NCBI GenBank assembly: GCA_016193285.1
Contig: JACPSL010000018.1
Location: 91,535-155,534, forward strand
Origin: Candidatus Melainabacteria bacterium
GTDB taxonomy: Bacteria > Cyanobacteriota > Vampirovibrionia > 2-02-FULL-35-15
DNA: 64,000 nucleotides
Direction of reading: 5' to 3'
Part shown: positions 28,835 to 38,316 of the stretch, in pieces
Position numbering within the stretch: position 1 is the stretch's first letter
Layout of the letters: every line of letters begins with the position of its first letter
Translations under genes and position numbers: made by a program
The notes under the pieces: generated by a model
The model's database searches: none
Told to the model about the DNA's origin: nothing
The model's input: the letters and a program-made list of their open reading frames with translations, nothing else

Positions 28835-29770
28835 CTAAACTATAGCAGGTCTTTTAAGATGGTTCATTTCAGGAAGTTTAAAGTTTATATTTTCTTCTTT
28901 TAATTGTAAGGTTTCTACTGGGGCAGCAAGTTTGTTTAGTAAAGTCTCTACAAGAATTTCCGGTGCAGATGCTCCTGAACTTACACCTACAGTTTTTCCA
29001 TATAATTTCTTAGACACTTCATATGTATATGGGTCAGGTACTAGTTCAGCTTCTGTACCTGCAAGCTTTGCAACTTCTACAAGGCGGCACGAGTTTGAAG
29101 AATTTCTGGATCCGATAATTAAAATATAATCAGTTAGTTTTGCTAATTCTTTAACTGCATCTTGCCTGTTTTGAGTAGCATAACAAATATCTTGTGCACA
29201 AGGAAGAGAAATTTCTTTGTATTTTTTCTTGAGAGCTTCAATAATTTCTTTTGTATCGTCTACTGATAAAGTTGTTTGTGTAGCAATAAAAACTTTTCCA
29301 ATATTATTTGCTAGAGATTTAACATCTAAAACTGAACCAACTAAAAAACAAGAATCTTTTGGTAAATGACTCATTGCACCAATTACCTCCTGATGTCCTT
29401 TATGTCCTATGTAAACAACTTTGCAATCTTTCTTCCAGGCATCAATCATCTCAAGATGAACTTTAATTACAAGTGGACATGTTGCATCAATAACTGTTAG
29501 ATTCCTGCTTTTTGCTTCTTCGAAAACTCTTACTTCAGAGCCATGAGCTGATAAAATCACACAGTTTCCATCTGGCACTTCATTAAGTTCGTCTACAAAA
29601 ATTACTCCACGTGACTCAAAATCTTTCTTTATATGCTCGTTGTGAACTATCTCGTGTCTAACATAAATAGGTGGACCTAAACTTTTAAGTGCTAAATTAA
29701 CAATGTCAATTGCCCTTATAACACCTGCACAAAATCCTCTAAGTGATGCTAAAACTACTTTTTTAACCAT
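28835..29770 (-). CDS. ispH: 4-hydroxy-3-methylbut-2-enyl diphosphate reductase.
   Basis: LASLRGFCAGVIRAIDIV...VRHEIVHN and three conserved Cys regions. 311 aa. Confidence 0.85.
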   Translation of the reverse strand: MVKKVVLASLRGFCAGVIRAIDIVNLALKSLGPPIYVRHEIVHNEHIKKDFESRGVIFVDELNEVPDGNCVILSAHGSEVRVFEEAKSRNLTVIDATCPLVIKVHLEMIDAWKKDCKVVYIGHKGHQEVIGAMSHLPKDSCFLVGSVLDVKSLANNIGKVFIATQTTLSVDDTKEIIEALKKKYKEISLPCAQDICYATQNRQDAVKELAKLTDYILIIGSRNSSNSCRLVEVAKLAGTEAELVPDPYTYEVSKKLYGKTVGVSSGASAPEILVETLLNKLAAPVETLQLKEENINFKLPEMNHLKRPAIV

Positions 29771-29976
29771 AGCACTGGTATTTTACCATCCAAAAAAAGT
29801 TCCCAATTGTTATGCTCCTTTATACTATACTTGTTTTAATTTTTGTGATGATATACTACTTCCTTGTAGAAAAGCTCGTTTAAATTTTCAGGAACCAGGC
29901 TTAAATGGTTTTTGAAGGGGTCTAATAAGAAGGCAATTTTTAAAAGGTTGCTTCATTGTAATTAAGGAGTGGTAAT

Positions 29977-30381
29977 ATGAAAAAAAACTTGTTTTTACTT
30001 TTACTTCTAGTTAGCATTGTGTTTCCAATGAGCACAATAAAAGCTAATGCTGCGGTAGAAGATATTGTTAAACAAACTACTGGAGTAGTCCTAGGAGTTG
30101 GTGCTGGACCAGTAGTTGGTGGCTTGCGTGGTTTCCTAAAAGGGTTGCTATGGGGAAAAGACGCAACTGCTGAAGCATTAGGGGACAAAGACGGTGTAGC
30201 TCAACAAGCAGTTGGTTATGCAACTGGTGGTGTAGTTGGTGCAGCTGCAGGTGGAGTTTCTGGAGTACTCATGGGTGCTTATGACGGCATTAAATATGGC
30301 TGGGATAAACCATGGTCACATGAAAACTTTAGCTGTGGTGGAAAAGGCTTAACTGATTATGATCCATTTAAGTGGGAATAA
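29977..30381 (+). CDS. Small secreted glycine-zipper protein, paralog of 46375..46845.
   Basis: Signal peptide. GVVLGVGAGPVVGGLRGFLKGLLWG...ATGGVVGAAAGGVSGVLMGAYDG, and a shared C-terminal KPFSC / ENFSCG motif with the paralog. Confidence 0.45.
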   Translation: MKKNLFLLLLLVSIVFPMSTIKANAAVEDIVKQTTGVVLGVGAGPVVGGLRGFLKGLLWGKDATAEALGDKDGVAQQAVGYATGGVVGAAAGGVSGVLMGAYDGIKYGWDKPWSHENFSCGGKGLTDYDPFKWE

Positions 30382-30415
30382 TTAGTTAGACTGAAGTAGT
30401 AAAAAATATTAAAAA

Positions 30416-30448
30416 AAGAGGCTTACAAATAAGTCTCTTTTTTTTTCA
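30416..30448 (+). terminator. Rho-independent terminator.
   Basis: 10-bp stem AAGAGGCTTA/TAAGTCTCTT (one G-U pair), CAAA loop, then T9. Confidence 0.6.
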
Positions 30449-30572
30449 TGCTTTTAGTCTAGGAAACATTTACCACATTTTATCCAGCACTAAACTTATT
30501 AGTCGATTTAACTTTTATGTAAAAGTGCGAATAATTACTTTATAACAGTAATCATTGCAAGCGAGGAAAAAT

Positions 30573-31166
30573 ATGTTTAAGCATTTAACAAGTTTAATTT
30601 TAGCCTTGATTTTTAGTATACAGTTTATTTGTACAAAGACATTTGCAGAAGTTATAGTTCCTTTAAATGTTACTGTTAATGGATCGTTTGTTATAACTGA
30701 TGCTGCAAATGACAGTATGTCAGGTACAAATCCAACTATAAATGTAAACCTAAATGTTACACCAGATATTGGTGCAGGTACAGTTAATGGTCAAGCTAAT
30801 TTTAGAATAAGAACAAATCGAACTACATGGAGATTAACTACACAAAAAACAGCTACAAATACAGGAGGTACAGGACTTGCAGATACTGATGTTTCTCTTA
30901 TAGTTTCAAAGTCAGCTGGATCTACTGGAAATGCAAATGCTGGTAATCTTGTTGCACCATTTAATGCTCCAACTACAATAGCTTCAATACCAACTGCTAC
31001 AGCTATAGATGTAATTAGTGGTACAGCAAAAACATCAGGTGCAAAAGATGGTACAAATACAAATAACTATTTTCAGGTAAACACAACTTATGGTGTGCAG
31101 CCGGATTTCTTTTATTCACCCGGGACATTTAGTACAACAATTACATACAATTTAGTAAGTCCATAA
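30573..31166 (+). CDS. Fimbrial subunit-like secreted protein, family member 1 (SCPU/Csu-pilin-like). It is the probable major subunit.
   Basis: Signal peptide, then an alternating-hydrophobic strand VPLNVTVNGSFVITDA. NFRIRTNRTTWRLT motif. C-terminal DFFYSPGTFSTTITYNLVSP. GAGG RBS before the ATG at 30573; the ORF track used a TTG at 30555. Confidence 0.5.
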   Translation: MFKHLTSLILALIFSIQFICTKTFAEVIVPLNVTVNGSFVITDAANDSMSGTNPTINVNLNVTPDIGAGTVNGQANFRIRTNRTTWRLTTQKTATNTGGTGLADTDVSLIVSKSAGSTGNANAGNLVAPFNAPTTIASIPTATAIDVISGTAKTSGAKDGTNTNNYFQVNTTYGVQPDFFYSPGTFSTTITYNLVSP

Positions 31167-31175
31167 CGTTTTTAT

Positions 31176-31250
31176 AGAAACAAGGTCACCTTGTCTCTTT
31201 AGTACAAATATCCTTTTATTTAAGTAGAGGCAAGGTAACCTCGTCTCTAC
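31176..31250 (+). promoter_or_regulatory. Two tandem related hairpins between the major subunit gene and the usher-like gene. This is a likely attenuator, and the hairpins are degenerate copies of the GTAGAGACG palindrome family.
   Basis: agaaacaagg-tcac-cttgtctct at 31176-31199 and gtagaggcaagg-taa-cctcgtctctac at 31224-31250. Confidence 0.5.
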
Positions 31251-31280
31251 TTTGAACATTTGTGGAATGAACATCTGTAG

Positions 31281-33947
31281 ATGAGATATTTATTAAAAAA
31301 AATATTCTTGTTAATATTGCTTTTACTTGTGTGTAATATTTGTTTTACTTTTAAGCCTTTATGTGCTCAGTTAATGACACCAGCTAATCAGTTAGAACCA
31401 CCAGAAGTAATATTAAACAACCAAAAAATAATTTTTACCAGGAAACCTATTCTTGACAATGAAGGCTGGCTTTTTCCACTGGAAGAAGTAGCAGTAAAAC
31501 TTCAAGACAAAGTTAGTGTAGATATTGTAGGTGGCACAATTACAATTCAAAGATATAGAGATAAATCAATTGTTGAGCTAAACGTAAGAAATGGAACTGT
31601 AACGGTAAACAACAGCCCGTTTAAAACTCTTTTTGGCTATAACAGAATTATTTTAGGACAAGATGTACAAATGGTTCCTACAAGTGCATTAGTAATTTTA
31701 CTTGGATTAGCTGTTAAAGATAATGATGAAGGAAAGTTAATTTTAAATAATACAATTGGAACAGATTCTACTTATCTTGGAACTATACAGCCACTCTCTC
31801 GAAAAGGCGTTAAAGATCTTTTAGTAGATTACTTAACAGTAACTAATTCATTTAACTGGTTAAAAACTCAGGAGCAATACCAAAGAAGAACAGAGATAAA
31901 CAGTGGGTTTCATAATGATGACTATACTCTTACATCTGATTTTTTAGTAAAAGCAGGTACAGATGCACCACTTGTAAATTTTGATACTGCTAATGTTTCA
32001 CTTTATAAAAATGCATCGCCATTTCAGTTTCACCTTGGTGATAGGCCTCTTAGCTTAGTTAAATCTCCTTTGCTTGGTGGCATTACACTCCGTGGTATAC
32101 AAATTCAAACAGATGGGAAACTAAAAGATAGTAAGTTTGTTTTTGGTGCAGGTGTTTTACCAAGTGATGGTAAAGTATTAGGCAAAGGACTTTCTTTTGT
32201 AAGGTATGGAAGAATTGCTGAGATAGCTGAATGGTCTACCTCTCCAAATAAAGACTGGCAGTTTTCTATAGGTGAAGCTACATACAATGACTTAATACCA
32301 AATCAGTTAATAATGTCAAGGCAAACAGGAGCACTTCTTGCAGCAAGTATTACAAAAACAGGAAAATATATTGAAGGAGATTCTAATTTTGCATTTGGAA
32401 CTTCAAGTGACATTCTAACTAAAGAAAATTTCTCAGGACCTGGTACTGATTTATTAATAAGGCTTAAGCCAAAAAAATATTTTAGTTTGTTTACTAAAGG
32501 AGCATATTATTCTCCTGGATTTTATCCACTTTCAGGTAACCCTTACTTTCATGACAGGAATGAAGCTACTGTTGGTTTTAATTTAACTCCATCAAGATCA
32601 AATATAGGATTTAGTCACTCTGTAGGAAAATACAATTTTAATGCTAATAGACCAAATACCTATAGTGTTAGCAATCTTTTTGCTTCTACAACGCCTTTTA
32701 AAAAAGGACCAACACTCCTTGCAAGTTATTCCCAAAACAAGTCACAAATTAGCTCAACAAGAGCAGTTGATAATCTTTTGTTTCCAATAAATAAAACAAA
32801 TATTTCATCTATTGATCTTGATACCTTAATAGAACGTAGAACTAATTCTTTTTTTAGAGCAAGTTTACTTAAGAGCTGGGCAACAGCAAATGTAAGTTCA
32901 AGTATTAATTATTTTACATTTGCAAATAACAATCCTTTAAAAGCTTCAATCTTACAGAATCAACCTCTGACAAAACTTGTAACTTATGATTTTAATTTCA
33001 ATAAGTATTTAAATAAAGTTTTTGGGTTACAGACTTATTTTCAAGGTAGTGAATTATATAAGCAAATTAAATTAGGTTTTAATTTAGGTCCAGTATTTAA
33101 CAATAAACTAAATCTCCAGTTTTTAACTGGTGCATTAATGCAAACAAAAAAAGAACTAAGCCCAATCTATACAGTTCGTTTAAATTATCAAGTAAACAGT
33201 ATGAATCAGTATAATTTAGACCTTGATAAAACTCCTTATTTTACACAAGTATCTGCTCTTTGGCAGTATAATTTACGCCCTAAAAGAGCAGGAACATTAC
33301 CACAAGTTGGTGAGGCTCAATCGGTTGGAAGAATAAAAGGCAGGGTTATTGTACTTGAAGAATCAAATAAAGAGCAAGCTATTAGTAATAGAATTGTTTT
33401 ACCTTCTACACATGAGAGAGGATTAGCTAATGTAAGGATTCACTTGGGAAATTACACTATTATGACTGATGAAAAAGGTTATTTTGAATTCCCAAGTCTT
33501 ACAAATGGTATACATACTGTCCGAGTTGAATATTCTGATCTCCCATCATATTTAACTTCTATTACTCCTGAAAAAGTTGATATTAAAGTAGAATCTGGAA
33601 AAGAAACAAACTTTAATTTTGTTCTAGCTTATTTTGGTGAAGTAAAAGGAAAAATTAAATTAGCAAATGAACCACTAGTGAAACCTGAAGAAGAGCCAGA
33701 GTTACAAGACATTAGGGTTTATCTTGAAGGTACTGATGTTGAGACACTTACTAATATAGATGGTTCATTTGTATTAGGAGATGTTAAACCAGGAAAATAT
33801 AAATTAAAAGTTGATCCAGATTTTCTTCCAGATATATTAGAAGCTTCTCAAGAATTAGAATTAGAAGTTCATGGAAAACAAAAAATTGAAAATATTCAGT
33901 TGCCTATTAGATTTAAATCAAAACAAACTGAAATAAAAGAATTTTAG
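31281..33947 (+). CDS. Large outer-membrane usher-like protein (888 aa) with two C-terminal carboxypeptidase-regulatory/transthyretin-like beta-sandwich domains.
   Basis: Signal peptide, a long beta-rich middle with many aromatic-X-aromatic stretches, and a terminal F. Two GxVxxxxxxxPLxxVRIxLxGTDxxTxTxxDGSF-type domains at the C-terminus fit usher CTD1/CTD2. Confidence 0.4.
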   Translation: MRYLLKKIFLLILLLLVCNICFTFKPLCAQLMTPANQLEPPEVILNNQKIIFTRKPILDNEGWLFPLEEVAVKLQDKVSVDIVGGTITIQRYRDKSIVELNVRNGTVTVNNSPFKTLFGYNRIILGQDVQMVPTSALVILLGLAVKDNDEGKLILNNTIGTDSTYLGTIQPLSRKGVKDLLVDYLTVTNSFNWLKTQEQYQRRTEINSGFHNDDYTLTSDFLVKAGTDAPLVNFDTANVSLYKNASPFQFHLGDRPLSLVKSPLLGGITLRGIQIQTDGKLKDSKFVFGAGVLPSDGKVLGKGLSFVRYGRIAEIAEWSTSPNKDWQFSIGEATYNDLIPNQLIMSRQTGALLAASITKTGKYIEGDSNFAFGTSSDILTKENFSGPGTDLLIRLKPKKYFSLFTKGAYYSPGFYPLSGNPYFHDRNEATVGFNLTPSRSNIGFSHSVGKYNFNANRPNTYSVSNLFASTTPFKKGPTLLASYSQNKSQISSTRAVDNLLFPINKTNISSIDLDTLIERRTNSFFRASLLKSWATANVSSSINYFTFANNNPLKASILQNQPLTKLVTYDFNFNKYLNKVFGLQTYFQGSELYKQIKLGFNLGPVFNNKLNLQFLTGALMQTKKELSPIYTVRLNYQVNSMNQYNLDLDKTPYFTQVSALWQYNLRPKRAGTLPQVGEAQSVGRIKGRVIVLEESNKEQAISNRIVLPSTHERGLANVRIHLGNYTIMTDEKGYFEFPSLTNGIHTVRVEYSDLPSYLTSITPEKVDIKVESGKETNFNFVLAYFGEVKGKIKLANEPLVKPEEEPELQDIRVYLEGTDVETLTNIDGSFVLGDVKPGKYKLKVDPDFLPDILEASQELELEVHGKQKIENIQLPIRFKSKQTEIKEF

Positions 33948-34139
33948 GTTTTTATTTCTAGAGTAATAGTATAAAGAGCCCTAACTTTTAAATATTAGTA
34001 ACTTCGTACCGATAACAAACTCGGGAGAGAAATAATTACGAGAAAGACTTGGACTTAAGTCTAAAACAGATTGTTTTTCTTATGGCTGGGAAAAATTTTC
34101 TTTTGTAATTTTAAATCTGCTTCCAGAAAGGAGCAAACT

Positions 34140-34742
34140 ATGTTTAAAGAAATCATGAGACTATTAGCAGTAATAGCTATTCTCTGTTCTGCAAACATTG
34201 TTTGTGTAGATAGTGCATTTGCAGCAGGTACTGTACCATTATCAATTACTGTTAATGGTTCACTTGTAATCTCAGATGCTGATAATGACACTATGGCAGG
34301 AAAAGATCCTACAAAGAATGTTAGTTTAACAATTACACCTGATCTTGGCCACACTTTACAAAGTGGTAGTGCTAATTTTAGGCTAAGAACTAACCGTTCA
34401 ACGTGGAGGTTAACTGCTCAGCGTACAGCAACAAATGCTGGTGGTACTGCAATTGCAGATAGTGATGTCAAGGTTGACATTAGTAAATCTGCAGGTTCAA
34501 CAGCAAGTGCTGCCGCAGGTTCTTTAGTTGCTCCGTTTACTGCACAAACTGACCTGACTTCTATTACTACAGCTAGTCCAGTTGATGTTATTAGTGGAAC
34601 AGCTAAAACATCTACAGCGCTAGATGCAAGTAATACAAACAACTGGTTTCAAGTTAATACTACGTATAGCTTGCAACCAGACTTTTTCTACGCACCAGGT
34701 ACGTTTAGTACAACCATAACGTACAATTTTGTGTCACCGTAG
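34140..34742 (+). CDS. Fimbrial subunit-like protein, family member 2.
   Basis: RBS AGGAG then ATG at 34140. TVPLSITVNGSLVISDA...NFRLRTNRSTWRLTAQRTATN...DFFYAPGTFSTTITYNFVSP. About 60% identical to member 1. Confidence 0.55.
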   Translation: MFKEIMRLLAVIAILCSANIVCVDSAFAAGTVPLSITVNGSLVISDADNDTMAGKDPTKNVSLTITPDLGHTLQSGSANFRLRTNRSTWRLTAQRTATNAGGTAIADSDVKVDISKSAGSTASAAAGSLVAPFTAQTDLTSITTASPVDVISGTAKTSTALDASNTNNWFQVNTTYSLQPDFFYAPGTFSTTITYNFVSP

Positions 34743-34749
34743 GAGAAAT

Positions 34750-34821
34750 AGCAATCAGCAGTCAGCAGTCAGCAATCAGCAAAATAAAAGAGCTGATAGC
34801 TGAATGCTGATAGCTGATAGC
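34750..34821. repeat. Long imperfect hairpin built from heptamer repeats, (AGCARTC)n facing (GCTGAWW)n. STRR-like; probably a terminator.
   Basis: agcaatcagcagtcagcagtcagcaatcagc aaaataaaagag gctgatagctgaatgctgatagctgatagct. Confidence 0.6.
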
Positions 34822-34936
34822 TTGTTAATCCTAGACTTATCAAATGATTTTTATTTTTTCAGTACTAAATTACTAAGACTTTTTAATTTGATAAAAATAA
34901 TTTTGGGCATGTTATTCTTGCAACAAAAAAACACAT

Positions 34937-35542
34937 ATGAAATTCAATTTTCAGATCATTTATTTGTTCCTAGTGGTATTAATAGTTTTATCATTGATAC
35001 CAATAAAATCTTTTTCTCAATCTGCAACAGTACCAGTCAATATAACTGTAAACGGGACTTTTACAATTTCAGATGCTGCAAATGATTCAAACTCTGGAAA
35101 AAATCCCACCATAAATGTAAATTTATCTGTCACTCCTGATCTTGGAGCTGCACCTGCAACTGGAGATGCTAATTTTAGAATTCGTACAAATAGATCTACA
35201 TGGAGACTTACTGCACAAAGAACATTAGAGATTGATATAGGACCTACAAATATTACTTCAAAAGATATTGGACTACTTGTTACTACTCAAGCAGGAATTA
35301 ATGCAAATGCTGCAGCAGGAACATTAGTACCACCATTTAACAGTCAAACAAATTTAAATGCAATATTAACTTCTTCCCCAGTAGATGTCATAAGTGGCAC
35401 AGCAAAAACATCTACTGCCAGAGATACTACAAATACCAATAACTATTTTCAGGTTAATACTCGCTATAGTATTCTTCCTGACTTTTTTTACCAACCTGGT
35501 ATTTGGAGAACAACCATTACTTATAATCTTGTAAGCCCGTAA
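34937..35542 (+). CDS. Fimbrial subunit-like protein, family member 3.
   Basis: TVPVNITVNGTFTISDAANDS...NFRIRTNRSTWRLTAQRT...DFFYQPGIWRTTITYNLVSP. Confidence 0.55.
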   Translation: MKFNFQIIYLFLVVLIVLSLIPIKSFSQSATVPVNITVNGTFTISDAANDSNSGKNPTINVNLSVTPDLGAAPATGDANFRIRTNRSTWRLTAQRTLEIDIGPTNITSKDIGLLVTTQAGINANAAAGTLVPPFNSQTNLNAILTSSPVDVISGTAKTSTARDTTNTNNYFQVNTRYSILPDFFYQPGIWRTTITYNLVSP

Positions 35543-35676
35543 GCCTCTTTAATAGTAATAACCCTAAGTACTATCGCTTTTTATTTAGGTTCTTTTAACA
35601 TATTTATCCGATAGTATTTGTATACTAGAACCAAAGGACTAAATTCTAGTTCCAGCCATAAGAAAAACAATCGCTC

Positions 35677-36288
35677 ATGACCTTGAAAAATTACATAGCA
35701 AGGATATTAATTCTTTTTACTGCTAGCGCATGCATTTTTATTTCTTCAAGTAATTTAAATGTGAAGTCAAGCCAAGCAACAATACCTTTAAATATTGTTG
35801 TCCTTGGAAAGCTGGTTATAACTGATGCAATTAATGACAATAGTCTTAGTAAAGACCCTACTATAAATGTCTTGCTGAGGCTGACACCCGATTTAAGTAA
35901 CTCAGTAGTTTCAGGAAGTGCTGCAATAAGAATAAGAACAAATTTAAACAAGTGGAAACTTACTGCTCAAAGAACAAATATTACTAATTCTCTTCAAATA
36001 GATCCAAGTGATATATCAATAACTTATACAACTCAAACAGGCTCAAAAGGAAACCCAAATGCTGCTAGTTTGAATCCTCCTTTTGATATGGCAACAAACT
36101 TAAGTCAGATTTTAACTAGCTTTCCTACTGAAGTCTTAATTGGTAACAGTAAAACATCACTTGATAAGGAGCCTGATAATAAAAACAACTGGTTTCAATT
36201 AACTTCAAATTATAGTATCCTGCCTGACTTTTTCTATGACATAGGGGAATTAAATACTACGATTAGTTATAGTTTAGTAAGTCCATAA
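35677..36288 (+). CDS. Fimbrial subunit-like protein, family member 4 (more divergent).
   Basis: TIPLNIVVLGKLVITDAINDN...IRIRTNLNKWKLTAQRT...DFFYDIGELNTTISYSLVSP. Confidence 0.5.
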   Translation: MTLKNYIARILILFTASACIFISSSNLNVKSSQATIPLNIVVLGKLVITDAINDNSLSKDPTINVLLRLTPDLSNSVVSGSAAIRIRTNLNKWKLTAQRTNITNSLQIDPSDISITYTTQTGSKGNPNAASLNPPFDMATNLSQILTSFPTEVLIGNSKTSLDKEPDNKNNWFQLTSNYSILPDFFYDIGELNTTISYSLVSP

Positions 36289-36317
36289 ATAAGAACATAT
36301 AATAATATTGATTGTAG

Positions 36318-36869
36318 ATGCCCAAAGCTTTTTATATATTTTTCTTTGCTTTAATATTTTTCATTGCCTTTTCAGGTTGTGCTTTAGCCTGTCTGTCATT
36401 TACTGATGACTATAATTTTCCAAATCCTGTATTAAATGCAAACTTTAATATTTTGCCAGATGTTAGTCCTTTTACTGAATGTTGGACTGGTGTTTTTAGA
36501 ATAAGAAGTAAACAAAATGGCTGGCGTCTAATTGCAAGTAGAGAAGGTCCAATGCCATTACAAGCTAGTGGTGCTCCAGCTGATAATGTTAAAGCTAGTG
36601 ATGTAACGCTTGATTTTTCAATAAAAAGCTTTGGGCAAGCTCCACCGAACGGTGCTGTTTTAGTTTCTCCATTTTCTTCAATAACAAATCTGTCTTCAAT
36701 TCAGTCAGGGACTTTTATTGTTTCAGGTATAGCAAAATCCAGTAATAGTTGTTCATCTAACAATCCAAGTTTTTATAGACTTACAAAAAACCTTTGTTTG
36801 TTTCATGATTTTGTATTTAATCCAGGGGAATATAATGGACAAGTGTCATATATTTTAGTGGCACCGTAG
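36318..36869 (+). CDS. Divergent, Cys-containing member of the same family. Possibly a tip/minor subunit or adhesin.
   Basis: FRIRSKQNGWRLIASREG...YILVAP. Unlike the other members it has Cys residues (C21, C25, CW, CSSNN...C). Confidence 0.4.
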   Translation: MPKAFYIFFFALIFFIAFSGCALACLSFTDDYNFPNPVLNANFNILPDVSPFTECWTGVFRIRSKQNGWRLIASREGPMPLQASGAPADNVKASDVTLDFSIKSFGQAPPNGAVLVSPFSSITNLSSIQSGTFIVSGIAKSSNSCSSNNPSFYRLTKNLCLFHDFVFNPGEYNGQVSYILVAP

Positions 36870-36877
36870 GAGAAGGT

Positions 36878-37741
36878 ATGGGAGTATCGGCGCATCAACG
36901 TGTTTTAATTTTCCTGATTTTGTTAGGAGTATTATTTTCTCAAAATACAAAAGCTTTGGCCTGGACTGTTTCACCAGTTAGGTTTGAAGTTAAAGCTGAA
37001 AAAGGGAAAGAATATACATTAACCTTTTCAGTATTAAATGAAAGTCAGCTTTATCAAAAAAGATTTGAAATCCAAACAGATGATTGGGTAATAGATAAAG
37101 AAAATAATTTTCTAAGGAAAGCTTTTAATAAAAATTTAGAAATAAAATATTCAGCAACATCATGGATTAGAGTTTCACCACAACAGTTTGTGCTTCCGCC
37201 AGGACAGTCAAAAAGTGTTAGATTTACCATTGCTGTTCCAAGTAATCTTGATGGAGATGGAGAATATAAAACAGGTATTTTTGTAGGTGAAAAAAATATT
37301 GAAAAGCCTCCAAAAGGAGAAAAAATTGTTCATATAAAACAAGATACTTATATTGGTGTAATTGTTTATGTAAAAATTGGAGAAGAAAAACCAGAAATTA
37401 TTTTAAAAGATTTTAAAGTAAGTACAAAACCACAAGAAAAAAACTTACATAAGGTAACAATTTATCCTGTTTATGAAAGCCATGGGAATGTTCATTCAAG
37501 AGGACAAATCTCAGTAAAGATGGAACCACTCTCAGCTATTGGCCCTAACCTCCCAGCTCCTGATGCTTTTAATGCTGGCGAGTTAGTTGTTTTAAGAGGA
37601 ACAGAAGTTGCATATCCAATTGATATTCCTGTTTTACTTCCAGCAAATAGTGAATGGAAGTTTGTTGTAACTAGTGATTTCGGTAATAAGACACCTAATC
37701 TTGTTGGGACTAAGAAATATAAGATACCTTTACACCCATAA
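36878..37741 (+). CDS. PapD-like periplasmic pilus chaperone candidate.
   Basis: Signal peptide. N-domain AWTVSPVRFEVKAEKGKEYTLTFSVLNES...WIRVSPQQFVLPPGQSKSVRFTIAVP resembles the chaperone N-domain pattern. RBS AGGAGAAGG. 287 aa. Confidence 0.45.
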   Translation: MGVSAHQRVLIFLILLGVLFSQNTKALAWTVSPVRFEVKAEKGKEYTLTFSVLNESQLYQKRFEIQTDDWVIDKENNFLRKAFNKNLEIKYSATSWIRVSPQQFVLPPGQSKSVRFTIAVPSNLDGDGEYKTGIFVGEKNIEKPPKGEKIVHIKQDTYIGVIVYVKIGEEKPEIILKDFKVSTKPQEKNLHKVTIYPVYESHGNVHSRGQISVKMEPLSAIGPNLPAPDAFNAGELVVLRGTEVAYPIDIPVLLPANSEWKFVVTSDFGNKTPNLVGTKKYKIPLHP

Positions 37742-38206
37742 GTTTCCTAAGTATTCTAAATTTTTAAATCCTTCTTTGTAAGCTTTAATTATTTTATCTG
37801 CTACAGGTGGATATAGCGTGATTCTATTAAGCTCAAGAATTGGCTTGTAGTCTACATCAGCAAGCATTGGTTCATTACCTATTTTTAATTCCCCGCCTAG
37901 TACTTCTCCTGTTGCATAAATATTTATTATGTGTCTGCTTCGATCTGGTGCAATTGCTTCAGATAAAAAAACCACTTTACCAAATTTTATGTCAAGATTT
38001 GTTTCTTCTTTTAACTCTCTTACTGCACAGTCTTGAAATGATTCCCCGTACTCTATTCGCCCACCTGGCAAAACCCAATAATATCTACTTGCTTTTTTAT
38101 GTTGGACAAGCAGTATTTCTTCTTTTTCATTTACGACAATTATTGAAACCCTGAAATTAGGTCTTTGTATGAAATTTCTTCTGTCCCTATATCTAGGATT
38201 TGGCAT
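37730..38206 (-). CDS. NUDIX hydrolase.
   Basis: Nudix box GGRIEYGESFQDCAVRELKEETNL. Confidence 0.7.
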   Translation of the reverse strand: MPNPRYRDRRNFIQRPNFRVSIIVVNEKEEILLVQHKKASRYYWVLPGGRIEYGESFQDCAVRELKEETNLDIKFGKVVFLSEAIAPDRSRHIINIYATGEVLGGELKIGNEPMLADVDYKPILELNRITLYPPVADKIIKAYKEGFKNLEYLGNLWV

Positions 38207-38316
38207 GATTTAAGTTTTTTTAGTATGCACAACTCTTGATGCACAAATAAACTGTATATATTGTACACGATTAAAGAATAAATTAAACTCGTGAGTTAAG
38301 ATTCTTATGTCAGACT

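Noticed and set aside
34804-35085. 93-aa ORF overlapping the start of fimbrial subunit 3.
   Set aside because: It starts inside the heptamer hairpin and reads through the signal-peptide region of 34937..35542 in another frame. It has no RBS, and the subunit frame is strongly supported by paralogy.
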